Assembly (NCBI GenBank): GCA_963706595.1
Contig: OY970166.1
Coordinates: 3,264,001 to 3,328,000 of the forward strand
DNA: 64,000 nucleotides
Direction: 5' to 3'
DNA from: an uncultured cyanobacterium
GTDB lineage: Bacteria > Cyanobacteriota > Cyanobacteriia > Cyanobacteriales > Nostocaceae
Both the position numbers and the translations under genes were made by a program. Shown one piece after another: positions 51,468 to 61,477 of the stretch. Each line of letters opens with the position of its first letter. Within the stretch, counting starts at the first letter, position 1. The notes under the pieces were generated by a model. That model was not told where the DNA came from. It made no database searches and saw only the letters and a program-made list of their open reading frames with translations.

Positions 51468-52964
51468 CTACCTGACTGAAAAGGCTTCGCTAAATCTACG
51501 AGTTACAGGCTCGATGATGAAGGTTAGAACTGACTTTTGACGCGTGACAATTTCACCGTTGGCTGACATTCCGGGAGTAAATGCTACTTCTTCTCCCCGG
51601 ACTTTCATTGAGTGTTGACTTAATTTTATTCTGGTGGGGAAGACTAAACCTAAGTCTTTGTCAACGACTGCATTCGGACTAATTTGCACAACTTTACCGT
51701 CAATTGTGCCAAATTCTTGAAAGGGAAAGGTGGCCATTTTTACTTTTGCTCTCATCCCTGGACGAATAAATCCAATATCGCGGTTGAGGACTTTCACTTC
51801 TAATAAAATGTCTTCTCCCGCCGGCAAAATTGACAGCAATTCTTCACCTGCTTGGACTGGTCCTTGGGTGGCTTTAATTTTGTAAATTGTGCCTGCGACT
51901 GGGGCTGTGATGGTTTCGCCAGCTTGCTGTTTTTTCGCTTGTTCTAGTTGACCATTCAGATTTGTGAGTTCTTCTTGGCGCTGTTTGATCTGGGTTAAAA
52001 TCTCGCTTTGGCGCTCAGATACTAAACGTTGGGCTTGCTGGCGAACTCCTTGATAAGCTTGTTCGGCTTGGCGAATTTCTTGGTCTTGGGCGGCAATTTC
52101 TCTTTTTAAGGATGCTATTCGATCTTCAGACTCTGTGACTCGATTTTTGGCGTTAATTACTTCGTCTTTTGCCCTAGTCATGTCTGTGTTGGCGCGATTT
52201 AATCTTTCTTGCGCTTCTAAGTAATCAATTCTAGGTAATGCACCAGGAGCAATGAGGGTGCTGAGGTTTCTTTCTCTTTGTTGCGCGATCGCAATATTTT
52301 TTTCAATTCCGACAACTAACTTTTCGGCGTTGACTACGTTAGCTTGGGCATTTTTAAAGCTGGTTTGAGCATTTACGAGGTTTTCTTGTAACCGTTGCTG
52401 GCGTTGTTTTACTTGAGCCACAATTGCTAGTTGGCGATTTGCTTCGGCTGCGGTTACAGCTTGACGGGCTTGGTAATCTGCGAGGCGTGATTCTAAAAGT
52501 TCATCTTGTAGTTTTGTCCCAGATTCTGTTGTCCCGATGCGTTCTGCTTGCAAACGCTGTAAGTCTTCCCTGATTAATTTGGCAGATTGGGCGAGGCGAT
52601 TGACATCTGTTTGTTGTAAGTCTGTGTCGCGTTGAATTAAAACTTGGTCTTTAGTGACATGATCGCCTTCTTCTACATTCACTTTCAAAATCGAACCACC
52701 GCCCAAGGATGTCACCGGTCGCACTTGTGTAGAGGCGATTAATTCTCCAGGTGCGATCGCCACTTCATCGATTTGAGAGAAATTTGCCCAGGCGATCGCC
52801 CCAAATACCACTAAGCTCAGTGTTCCTGCTAAAACTCTGGTATATAGCGGTGGTAATTCTTGTACAGCCTTACCGACTTCATAAGATAGTTGGTCTTCTG
52901 GTTTGGCAAATTGTTGTCTTGTTTGACGGGCTTGAGCAGCATTTGCAAGTAAGGAATATTTCAT
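51468..52964 (-). CDS. HlyD family membrane-fusion protein (second, no adjacent ABC gene)
   Basis: TM anchor, coiled coil, TAPVAG, TFPFQEFG, FTPGMSANGEI. Confidence 0.9.
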   Translation of the reverse strand: MKYSLLANAAQARQTRQQFAKPEDQLSYEVGKAVQELPPLYTRVLAGTLSLVVFGAIAWANFSQIDEVAIAPGELIASTQVRPVTSLGGGSILKVNVEEGDHVTKDQVLIQRDTDLQQTDVNRLAQSAKLIREDLQRLQAERIGTTESGTKLQDELLESRLADYQARQAVTAAEANRQLAIVAQVKQRQQRLQENLVNAQTSFKNAQANVVNAEKLVVGIEKNIAIAQQRERNLSTLIAPGALPRIDYLEAQERLNRANTDMTRAKDEVINAKNRVTESEDRIASLKREIAAQDQEIRQAEQAYQGVRQQAQRLVSERQSEILTQIKQRQEELTNLNGQLEQAKKQQAGETITAPVAGTIYKIKATQGPVQAGEELLSILPAGEDILLEVKVLNRDIGFIRPGMRAKVKMATFPFQEFGTIDGKVVQISPNAVVDKDLGLVFPTRIKLSQHSMKVRGEEVAFTPGMSANGEIVTRQKSVLTFIIEPVTRRFSEAFSVR

Positions 52965-52980
52965 AAAATTTTAGATTATT

Positions 52981-53056
52981 GGGGGAATAGGGAGTGGGGA
53001 GTGGGGAGTGGGGAATGAGGAATGGGGAATGAGGAATGGGGAATGGGGAATGGGGA
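52981..53056. repeat. Heptamer tandem repeats GGGGAGT/GGGGAAT (STRR-type)
   Basis: About 10 imperfect copies visible. Confidence 0.9.
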
Positions 53057-53170
53057 GAAGAGAATAGGTTGTTAAGCAGTCGTCCGTGTAAAGTAATTTC
53101 CAACTTACCCCTGCTCCCTGCTCGCTGCTCCCCTGCCTATTTAATCCCCCTACTCCCTACTCCCCATAAT

Positions 53171-54046
53171 TCAAACCGCAAGATAGCGCCGCAGAAAATT
53201 TTCTAAAGTTTCCAAGTGAAAATTAAAAATCCTTTCTAAGTTGGCTATTTCCTCTTTTCTACAGAAAAACTCATTAGACAGTAATGTGCGATAGGTTCCG
53301 AAAGCTGTTTGTGCTTGGGGGTTAAATAAACCCAATGCACTGCGTAACCCATCCACAACAAACAAAGGTGAATTAATGATAATTGGTTCTTTGTTGAAGA
53401 TGCGACTAAAAATTTGGGGAATATCCTCACGCAATAAAATCTCTGGACCTCCCACTGGTAATATTTGGTTGCGTGCGCCTTCAGCTGTGATGGAGTTAAC
53501 TACTATCCTGGCTAAATCATCTGTACTGACAACCGAAGTTCGATTTTTAGGATCACCAATCAGCAAATACAAACCTGTTTCCCGAAAACGTTCTGCTAAT
53601 GAGAGTAAATTAGATGCTAATCCAGCCGGGCGTAAAATTGTGTAATTCAAGCCACTAGCCTCTAAATATTGTTCTACTGCGCGTTTGGCTTTGAACACGG
53701 GCGCATCTTCATAACCCCGTTCTGCTCCCAGTACAGAAATAAACACAAAATGCTTGACTTGATTAGCTATAGCCTGATCGATCAGTTCAATATTGGCGCG
53801 ATAGTCCAGAGATAAAGAGTCACCATCAGAACCGTGGGCGCTGATCATGTACTCGACACCCCGACAAGCTTTGACAATATCCTTGTCTCGGCGCAAATCA
53901 CCGATGAAGATTTCTGCTCCTCGGTGTTCTAACTCGTTATAACGCGAAGTGAGGCGGACAAATGCCCTCACTGGCTTTTCTTCTAGGCGTAGGAGTCGCA
54001 CGACTCGGCGACCAATTCCTCCCGTTGCTCCAGTTACCAGAAACAT
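53171..54046 (-). CDS. NmrA-like/SDR NAD(P)H-binding oxidoreductase
   Basis: MFLVTGATGGIG Rossmann motif, YTILRP. Confidence 0.88.
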   Translation of the reverse strand: MFLVTGATGGIGRRVVRLLRLEEKPVRAFVRLTSRYNELEHRGAEIFIGDLRRDKDIVKACRGVEYMISAHGSDGDSLSLDYRANIELIDQAIANQVKHFVFISVLGAERGYEDAPVFKAKRAVEQYLEASGLNYTILRPAGLASNLLSLAERFRETGLYLLIGDPKNRTSVVSTDDLARIVVNSITAEGARNQILPVGGPEILLREDIPQIFSRIFNKEPIIINSPLFVVDGLRSALGLFNPQAQTAFGTYRTLLSNEFFCRKEEIANLERIFNFHLETLENFLRRYLAV

Positions 54047-54083
54047 AAGGATTTTCGGTGATGAATTCCATCTACACACTAAT

Positions 54084-54867
54084 CTAAAATTCGACAATTA
54101 CTGGGGTATGGTCGCTGGGTTGGGGTAATTTTCTGGGGGTTACGTCAATCATGCAGCTTTTAGCGCGTTCGTAAAGGATTGGGGTGAGATAATGATGGTC
54201 AATTCGCCAACCCATATTGCGTCTAAAAGCGGCGGCGCGATAGTCCCACCAACTGTAGTGTCCGCCTTCTGTGGTAAACTTACGAAAGGCATCAGCAAAT
54301 CCCAATTCTAGGATATCTCGTAAGGCCTTGGCGCTCTGGTTCCGATGCCATAATGTGATTGTCTGGATTGGCTTTTTCGTGAATGTCTTCGGCTGCTAGG
54401 GCAATATTGAAGTCACCACACATACAGATTGCCGGTTGTGACAGTAAAAGGGTTTGCAAATATTCTTTTAGCACTGTTAGCCAGCCTAGCTTGAATTCGT
54501 ATTTTTCGCTGCCCACTGCTGAACCATTAGGGACATATAAATTTACAATGCGAATGCCATCTATTACGCCTGTAATCACGCGTTTCTGTACATCCCAGGC
54601 TGGATCGATATTGGGCAAAATGGGGGTGAAACCAGCGCTGACATCCAGGAGTGGTTGGCGACTAATCAGGGCTACACCGTTATAAGCTTTCTGCCCAGAG
54701 AAATAAACATGATAGCCTAATTCTTCAAAAGGCGATCGCGGAAAATCCGCGTCTACAACTTTTGTTTCCTGCAAGCAGAGAACATCAATGGGATTTTCGC
54801 TTAACCAAAAGATCACCTGTTCTAGGCGAGTCCGAACTGAGTTAACATTCCAAGTGGCAATTTTCAT
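54084..54867 (-). pseudogene. xth: Exodeoxyribonuclease III, interrupted by one extra G near 54326 (real frameshift or sequencing error)
   Basis: MKIATWNVNS, CLQETK, YVPNG, GDFN in ORF1; YSWWDYR, GWRIDH, PSDH in ORF2; removing a G from CAAGGCC restores ERQALRDILELGFAD. Confidence 0.88.
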
Positions 54868-55324
54868 TTTTTAGTTTTCAGGATGGAAAATCAATATTAA
54901 TTTTTAATAAGTTATGTTTTGACAATTGTTTAACTTTGACGTAATTTACCCATTTTTGTTAACTGTAACTTAAGAAAAATTGATACTATATCTTAATTTT
55001 AGTATTCTCAGCTACAAAAACTATTATTTTGTCAGTTTAGCTACCAAAAATATTCATGGTGGCATGATCCCCAAGGTAGATGAAACCGCTAGAACCTAAG
55101 CTATATTTTAAAAGTGTAGCTGCTTAGTAGCTATTGTTGATGTTTTAATTGATGTTTTAAAATGTATTGGTAGTGGTTGAAGGTACGGTTAACCAAGATT
55201 GCCCTCCCAAGAGTAAATAAGGTTAATTTAAATCTGAACAAAGTAAGTGTAAATCCTCTGGTTTTCCATAAGAGAATATTACTTGCTTTGCAGGATATTT
55301 TCTCGGCTGAACCGAAACAACTTT

Positions 55325-56392
55325 ATGAATATCGCTCAAGTCGCCCCTTTATGGGAACGAGTTCCACCTCCTAGTTATGGAGGAATTGAACTGGTAGTGA
55401 GTCACTTAACCGATGAACTGGTTCGTCGCGGTCATAATGTTACTTTGTTTGCTTCTGGTGACTCTCAAACCTTGGCTGATTTAAAGGCAGTTTCTCCCCT
55501 TGCATTGCGCTTGGACAAATATGTTCAAGATTATGCAGGGTATGAAACTTTAGAACTTAGCCAAGTTTACCAACACGCTGCAAAGTTCGATATTATTCAT
55601 TCTCATGTCGGGATAGCAGCATTACCTTTGGCAAGTTTGGTATCAACACCCACCGTTCATACCTTGCATAACAGTTTTACCCAAGACAACCAAAAAGTCT
55701 TTAGATACCATCACCAACAACCTTATGTCAGCATTAGTAAAGCCCAGCGTCAAATCAAATTAAACTATGTAGCTACGGTTTATAACGGCATAGAAACTAC
55801 CGATTATCCATTTATAGCCCAACCACAAGAACCGCAATATTTAGCATTTTTAGGCCGCTTTTCTCCAGAGAAGGGTCCACAACAGGCGATCGCCATTGCT
55901 AAACAAACTGGTTGGCGCTTGAAAATGGCAGGGAAAGTTGATATCGGTGATGCTCAGTTTTTTGAACAAGAGATTGTCCCCCATATTGATGGTCAGCAAA
56001 TTGAATATTTGGGCGAAATCAACCACGCCGAAAAAACTAAACTGCTGGGAAATGCGGCTATAACTCTGTTTCCAATTAATTGGCAAGAACCTTTTGGCTT
56101 AGTCATGATTGAATCAATGGCGACTGGGACACCAGTAATTGCCATGAATTTAGGTTCTGTACAGGAGGTAATTGTTCACGGCAAAACAGGTTTTATTTGC
56201 CACAACTATGCAGAAATGGTAACAATGATTCCGGCGGCGTTGGCACTCAATCGTCAAGCCTGTCGAAAACATATAGAAAACAATTTTAGTGTTAACCACA
56301 TGGTTAACGGCTACGAAGCAGTTTACAAACAAATTATCGATAACCGCATTCATTTAAATGGTTATTTAGATGCGGCTCAAGTCCGGTTTTAA
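55325..56392 (+). CDS. GT4 family glycosyltransferase
   Basis: IAQVAPLWERVPPPSYGGIE, LGRFSPEKG, EPFGLVMIESMATGTPV. Confidence 0.93.
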   Translation: MNIAQVAPLWERVPPPSYGGIELVVSHLTDELVRRGHNVTLFASGDSQTLADLKAVSPLALRLDKYVQDYAGYETLELSQVYQHAAKFDIIHSHVGIAALPLASLVSTPTVHTLHNSFTQDNQKVFRYHHQQPYVSISKAQRQIKLNYVATVYNGIETTDYPFIAQPQEPQYLAFLGRFSPEKGPQQAIAIAKQTGWRLKMAGKVDIGDAQFFEQEIVPHIDGQQIEYLGEINHAEKTKLLGNAAITLFPINWQEPFGLVMIESMATGTPVIAMNLGSVQEVIVHGKTGFICHNYAEMVTMIPAALALNRQACRKHIENNFSVNHMVNGYEAVYKQIIDNRIHLNGYLDAAQVRF

Positions 56393-56451
56393 TTAATAAC
56401 TTTTTTTGAAGATTTTAAACAACAACAACTTTGTTTTAGGGGGATCTTGCT

Positions 56452-56643
56452 ATGAATATGAGAGCCAACAGCTGTCCGTGTTGCGGTGGTTCCCTTCTGC
56501 GTCATGTCCGTCATGGTGAACTGTATTGGTTTTGCCAGTCTTGCAGGCAAGAAGTACCTCTGTTGACGGTGGTTCGTGTGTCTCATCCTCGTGGGGAAAC
56601 TCAGAATACGGCAGTGCTGACTCAGCCGACATTAAGGGAGTAA
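56452..56643 (+). CDS. Small zinc-ribbon protein
   Basis: CPCC...LLRH.R....YWFCQSCRQE.P pattern. Confidence 0.7.
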   Translation: MNMRANSCPCCGGSLLRHVRHGELYWFCQSCRQEVPLLTVVRVSHPRGETQNTAVLTQPTLRE

Positions 56644-56822
56644 GGGTAGCGTTAGCGTTGATAGCTAGTGGTAAAATACCTTTTGAGTTATTGATTAGTG
56701 AAGAGCGATCGCTCCAGGATTTAGAACAGTTATTCTGTAATAGGAAGGCGCGTAAAGTGATTAAGGTGGCGATGATTCCTCACCCACCAGGCGCACCAGG
56801 CGCGGAGAATGAGAGTTTTTGA
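56635..56822 (+). pseudogene. C-terminal remnant of a zinc-binding alcohol dehydrogenase
   Basis: VRVALALIASGKIPFELLISEERSLQDLEQLF...ARKVIKVAMIP resembles the MDR C-terminus; no N-terminal part present. Confidence 0.55.
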
Positions 56823-57032
56823 GGGGTTGTTTTGCGATCGCACAGATGAAATTGAAGCATCTAATATCGCAGATGAAATATTGTTAAACCCTCCATTGCA
56901 AGGATTTTTAACTATTTCTAACGCCTTGCAATGGCGACTTCAATATAGAAGGCTCAGAATCTTATAAAATAGGATATCGAAATAATATTCTCATCAAAGA
57001 TATATCTACTTTTGATCAACTGAGTAAATTGT

Positions 57033-57281
57033 ATGATTTCAGGGCTGAAACAAAATGGCGTTCTGGTATTAAACATGATTGCTGATCATGAGGAGACAGC
57101 ACAAAAGATTTTTGAGATTTTGACTTCTCCATCAGCTATAAATTATTATTCATCTCTAATTTTTTGGGATGAAAAGCGCCCAATTAAGTCCAGCATCTTA
57201 AATACCTTAAACCTGACAGCCTTAATCGCGGCAGAAGAGAGCTTTTATGGTTCAAAGGGGCGTTCTAAGATTAATTTGTAA
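57033..57281 (+). pseudogene. Possible C-terminal fragment of a DNA-methyltransferase-like protein
   Basis: LTS..A..YYSSLIFWDEKRPIKSSILN.LNL resembles a methylase C-terminus (from memory); no upstream domain. Confidence 0.35.
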
Positions 57282-58252
57282 TATCCCAAGACTCCTCCTT
57301 TAGACATGAAAGTGAAAGGCATTAAAAGACCAGCAATTGAATTTCTGACTAAATATTTAGGCAACATATAAGCAAGTATTTTTGCTTTCCAAGACAAAGA
57401 AAAAAGTCTCAGGGACAATTTTTGTAATTTTGATAAGGTAGGCTGAATTGCCAAAGAAACATCTTCAAGGACTTGAACTTGAAAGCCAATTGATTGTGCG
57501 GTCGCATTCCAATGATCAATTTGTGAAAATCCCTGCCGAACTGCCATTGAGACTTCTACAAGTAGACTGGCGGTTTTAAGTAACTTAGGGACTTGTTCAA
57601 GCTGGATATTACGATAGCCATCGAAGACAATTAATTGTCCACCAGGGCGCAGCACACGAAAAATTTCTGCCAGGGGAATTTCTGGTTGAGATGCATGACA
57701 TAAACACTCAAAAGCAAAAACAATATCAAAGGATTGATCTAAAAAATTTAATTGATTAAAGTTGCCTTCTTGAAAAGATAAGCTAGAAAATTTATCTGCT
57801 TTTTGACGTGCTATGTTAATATGCAATGGAGTTAAATCAATTCCTGTGAAGCTTACTTCTGGATATTGCTCGGCTAAAAAACAGCTATTAAATCCTTTGC
57901 CGCATCCTAATTCTAAAACAGTCTTGGCATCAAGTTTACGAATTTGTTCGCCAACTACTCGCGGTTGAGCATAGTAACCATCTGGATGAAATACACCATC
58001 AAAGTTCAACCCCAAGTGGATAGCATCTTCTCCAGAGTGAAAGGTTTGATAACCCCATTCACTTTGGGTGTAGTAAGATATGGTAAAGTCTGAATCAAAT
58101 TCTTTTAAGACGGATTCGCAACCAAACAGCCAGTCAATTTTGGCGATCGCATCTGCTAAAGTTAGTTGACTAGCCAGCGTCGCATAGTCAACTTTTGATC
58201 CCCAAGTAAGTAGTTTAATAATGGTATTTTTCAAAAATTTATTTGCTGTCAT
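57245..58252 (-). CDS. Class I SAM-dependent methyltransferase
   Basis: VLELGCGKG motif I, GIDLT, FDIVFAFECLCH, RVLRPGG. Confidence 0.9.
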   Translation of the reverse strand: MTANKFLKNTIIKLLTWGSKVDYATLASQLTLADAIAKIDWLFGCESVLKEFDSDFTISYYTQSEWGYQTFHSGEDAIHLGLNFDGVFHPDGYYAQPRVVGEQIRKLDAKTVLELGCGKGFNSCFLAEQYPEVSFTGIDLTPLHINIARQKADKFSSLSFQEGNFNQLNFLDQSFDIVFAFECLCHASQPEIPLAEIFRVLRPGGQLIVFDGYRNIQLEQVPKLLKTASLLVEVSMAVRQGFSQIDHWNATAQSIGFQVQVLEDVSLAIQPTLSKLQKLSLRLFSLSWKAKILAYMLPKYLVRNSIAGLLMPFTFMSKGGVLGYYKLILERPFEP

Positions 58253-58515
58253 AAGTGCTGGAAAAAATATTGTTATACTAATATAGCAGTCTACTCTCAA
58301 ACATCTGGGTTAGCAAAACAATAAGCAGGTAGTCATACCATTTATATATTGCCGCTCCAGGCTAATTGAGTGAATTTTTATCAATAACTGGTATGAGTAA
58401 GACTTTATAGCAGCTAGAGTACCTACAAATCTCATGCAAGAATCTTACTCCAAAACGGGAAAACTATGGTTATCCCCTGACGGGGGAAATTTCTATGTAA
58501 GTCCCGAATAGGAAA

Positions 58516-59127
58516 ATGTTGCAAAAATTTCTGCTTAACTTCTTGATTTTACCTTTTTCTCTAGTTCCCTGGCTGGGTATGGGAATGGTTTTTGATTCCC
58601 AAGCTGATGCGTTACCGGGAGAAACTACAGAAGAAGTAACTACCTGGATTAAAGCACATCCGACACTCCGCCCTAGACCGGGAGAACGTTTATTTATCCA
58701 AAAGAGTGATACAGCAGCCCAGCGATTCACTTTTCAAGCATCGGTGTTACCTCCTGGTAGGGTGCGATTAACCCCAGACAGAGGCCGGATTCGTAGTGAG
58801 CGCCTGACTATGTATGATGCGATTAACGGGATGAGTTTTCAGCGTCTCCAGGAGTCTCTGCGGGTAATTTATGGCTTAGATATCTATCAAGATTTTAATC
58901 GCGCTCAAGTCATATATGAGTATCCTAACCAGAGTGCAATTAACTCGGCGCGGATGGCTAGAACGCCTATCAGGGAAGCTTTACAGGGAGAATTACGTGT
59001 AGGCGATCGCTATGCTTATTGGCTGGAAATTGCCCAACCCCCAGAAGGTAAAGCTTTCACAGGTCAGATGACGGTTTTACTCAAAGCTGACCTCGATAAA
59101 TTGGAATCTGAATTGCGAAATCGCTAA
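58516..59127 (+). CDS. Conserved exported cyanobacterial hypothetical protein
   Basis: Signal-like N-terminus, ALPGE...WIKAHPTLRP. Confidence 0.65.
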   Translation: MLQKFLLNFLILPFSLVPWLGMGMVFDSQADALPGETTEEVTTWIKAHPTLRPRPGERLFIQKSDTAAQRFTFQASVLPPGRVRLTPDRGRIRSERLTMYDAINGMSFQRLQESLRVIYGLDIYQDFNRAQVIYEYPNQSAINSARMARTPIREALQGELRVGDRYAYWLEIAQPPEGKAFTGQMTVLLKADLDKLESELRNR

Positions 59128-59179
59128 TAATTGGCGTTTGCTGTGGGTTCGGTTGAACCCAACCTGCTGCAATCTGCCT

Positions 59180-59548
59180 CTATAATCCTCCTAATCCTAC
59201 AGGAGATGGGGTTTGCCAGACACCAGAAAAGATGCTTTCAGTGGCTAGGGAAATTCTCAGTAAATCTTCTTTGAGCAGAGGCGGCCAATCAACCCCAGCT
59301 TTGCGCCCGGCTACAAAGATTTGTTGCGCCTTGACCCCCAACTGATAAAGAGCAAAGGCTAATTCTCGGTCTAAGTTGGGTGAGTCTTTCATGGCTTCAA
59401 ATACCACTTTCAACGCTAACAAAATCGAGGTGATTTGACCGGGTACTGGTGATTTTCCTAGCTTCATTCGCATTAACAAAGCGTCTGGGTGTTCATCAGT
59501 TGTTAGTGTCTGGGCTACGAGGAGTTGGCGAGCTGTTTCGTAATTCAT
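59180..59548 (-). CDS. Conserved cyanobacterial hypothetical protein
   Basis: PVPGQITSILLALKVVFE, LDRELAFAL, ESIFSG. Confidence 0.65.
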   Translation of the reverse strand: MNYETARQLLVAQTLTTDEHPDALLMRMKLGKSPVPGQITSILLALKVVFEAMKDSPNLDRELAFALYQLGVKAQQIFVAGRKAGVDWPPLLKEDLLRISLATESIFSGVWQTPSPVGLGGL

Positions 59549-59802
59549 TTATCCAGCTTATCTTAGTTGTGAGCGTCAGCAAGAGTACCTACATCCAAAT
59601 TACTATGAGGATGTAATTTTACTAGTTATCTTGCTATAGTCAATATTCTTGAAATTTAACCACAGATGCACATAGATGAACCCCACCCCCAACCCCCTCC
59701 CCGCAAGCGAGGAGGGGGCTATGATGTAGTTCATTTAAGTACACACAGATAGTTTATCGGTGTTTATCTATGGTTCATTTTTTGGTGATTTAAGCCAGAA
59801 GC

Positions 59803-61329
59803 TTAGTATTTATGCTGAGATTGTGCCTCAATTTGTCTGACCACTGTTAGGGCTGAGTAACTGACTCCAGCTGTACCTTCTCCAGGATGAGTGGAATCAC
59901 CGACTAACCATAAATGGTTGATGGGTGTGCGATTGGCAAATCCAAAGGGGCCAAAGGTGGGTATTCTTTGACCTATACCGCCAACTATACCGCGATCGCG
60001 TGCTGTGTAATGAGCAAAACTCCGGGGTGTGGCGGCTTCTTGATGAATGATGGTTTCTGGTTTGAGGTAGAAGTATTCCGAAAGACGGGCGATCGCATCT
60101 TCTGTATACTTCTGTTTAAGTCCTTGATAATTATTCGTTTCCCACCACGGTGCAGGATCGACAAAGGATGAAGCGATAATTGTGGCTTTCCCGTCTGGGG
60201 CGCGTCCATCTCCGGGATGACTAACGGAAACAAACAAAGAATTATTTTCCCCAATTGGTCCATCAACATCATAGAGGAATTGTAGATGGGGCGGACAATC
60301 TGGAGGAATGGCGCTGATATCTACACCTAAATACACCACAAATGCACCCGACGCTTGGGGTAAATTTTCTACCCGATTTTTATACCCAGAGGGTGTTTTT
60401 TCTCCCAATAGTTGCACTAAGTTCTGCACAGTGACGTTAGCAACTACATGGTCTACAACTTCTGTGCAGATTTCGCCTGTTTTCTGATTTCTAATCACTA
60501 CAGATGTAGCTTGGTTATTTTCCACCTGGATTTTTTCTACAGTGTGGCGCATTAATAACTTACCACCATCTCTTTCTAAGGATTCCACCAGGCGATCGCT
60601 TAGTACCTGCATACTACCCTGGAGGTGAAATAAACCTTGGGGTAATTGGGAGACACTCAACGCCGTAGCTGCATAAAGTAAAGCTGTTTCCTCCGTATCA
60701 ACTTGAGAATATAGCTTTAATTGCAAATCCAAAAACGTTCTCAAACGATGGTCGTTACCCAGTCCGTAAAACCTTAAAGCATCGCCCACAGTAAATAATG
60801 TATAGGGTACAGTAATTAATGTACTGGGGCGTACTGCTTGAGTTAATTGCCATAAATCCCACAAACTCCGGGGAGGTAATACCGGGTCGCGTCCTTGGAA
60901 TTGCCAACTAGCCTCAAATAACACCGCCATCATTTGCCAAAACGGTTCACTACCGGGAAATTGTTTTTGGCGTTCCTCTCGCCATTTATTTTGGTCACGC
61001 CAAACATTAATCGGTGTACTTTCCCCAGGTAAATACACAGCACAAGCCGGGTCACAAGGTGTCGCTGCTGGTAAATCTATCCCTAATTCTGAGAAAATCC
61101 GGTGATGGATTCCCCCTGGTTCTAATCCTGCAACCTGAGTCGCCCCCACATCAAAGGTAAATCCGCGCCGTTGAAATGTGGAAGCACAACCCCCCGGAAC
61201 CAGGGCTTGGTCTAAGACTAAAACGCTGTAACCCCTATGGGCTAATAATGCCGCCGCAGTCAGTCCGCCTATCCCCGCACCGACGACAGCAACACGGGAT
61301 TTAGTTTTGTGAGTAGAAATATTAGACAT
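59803..61329 (-). CDS. crtD: Carotenoid C-3',4' desaturase CrtD (phytoene desaturase family)
   Basis: VVGAGIGGL FAD motif, GGCASTF.R.GFTFDVGATQVAG, GDSTHPGEGTAGV. Confidence 0.82.
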   Translation of the reverse strand: MSNISTHKTKSRVAVVGAGIGGLTAAALLAHRGYSVLVLDQALVPGGCASTFQRRGFTFDVGATQVAGLEPGGIHHRIFSELGIDLPAATPCDPACAVYLPGESTPINVWRDQNKWREERQKQFPGSEPFWQMMAVLFEASWQFQGRDPVLPPRSLWDLWQLTQAVRPSTLITVPYTLFTVGDALRFYGLGNDHRLRTFLDLQLKLYSQVDTEETALLYAATALSVSQLPQGLFHLQGSMQVLSDRLVESLERDGGKLLMRHTVEKIQVENNQATSVVIRNQKTGEICTEVVDHVVANVTVQNLVQLLGEKTPSGYKNRVENLPQASGAFVVYLGVDISAIPPDCPPHLQFLYDVDGPIGENNSLFVSVSHPGDGRAPDGKATIIASSFVDPAPWWETNNYQGLKQKYTEDAIARLSEYFYLKPETIIHQEAATPRSFAHYTARDRGIVGGIGQRIPTFGPFGFANRTPINHLWLVGDSTHPGEGTAGVSYSALTVVRQIEAQSQHKY

Positions 61330-61477
61330 TGTTTACCTTTACAATTTTTAATATTACTACTCATAATTTTACGTTATCTGGCAAAAAAAGGCCGTGTCAT
61401 ATTCACAACCCTAAGATGCTGATTTGAATTGCTAGATAAGATAAAGGAATAACAAAGCTGTTCACTCCTCACTACCC

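Noticed and set aside
51468..52964. Second HlyD as part of the RiPP exporter
   Set aside because: The cluster already has its own HlyD; this one is in line with the NmrA-like and xth genes and is separated by the subtilase
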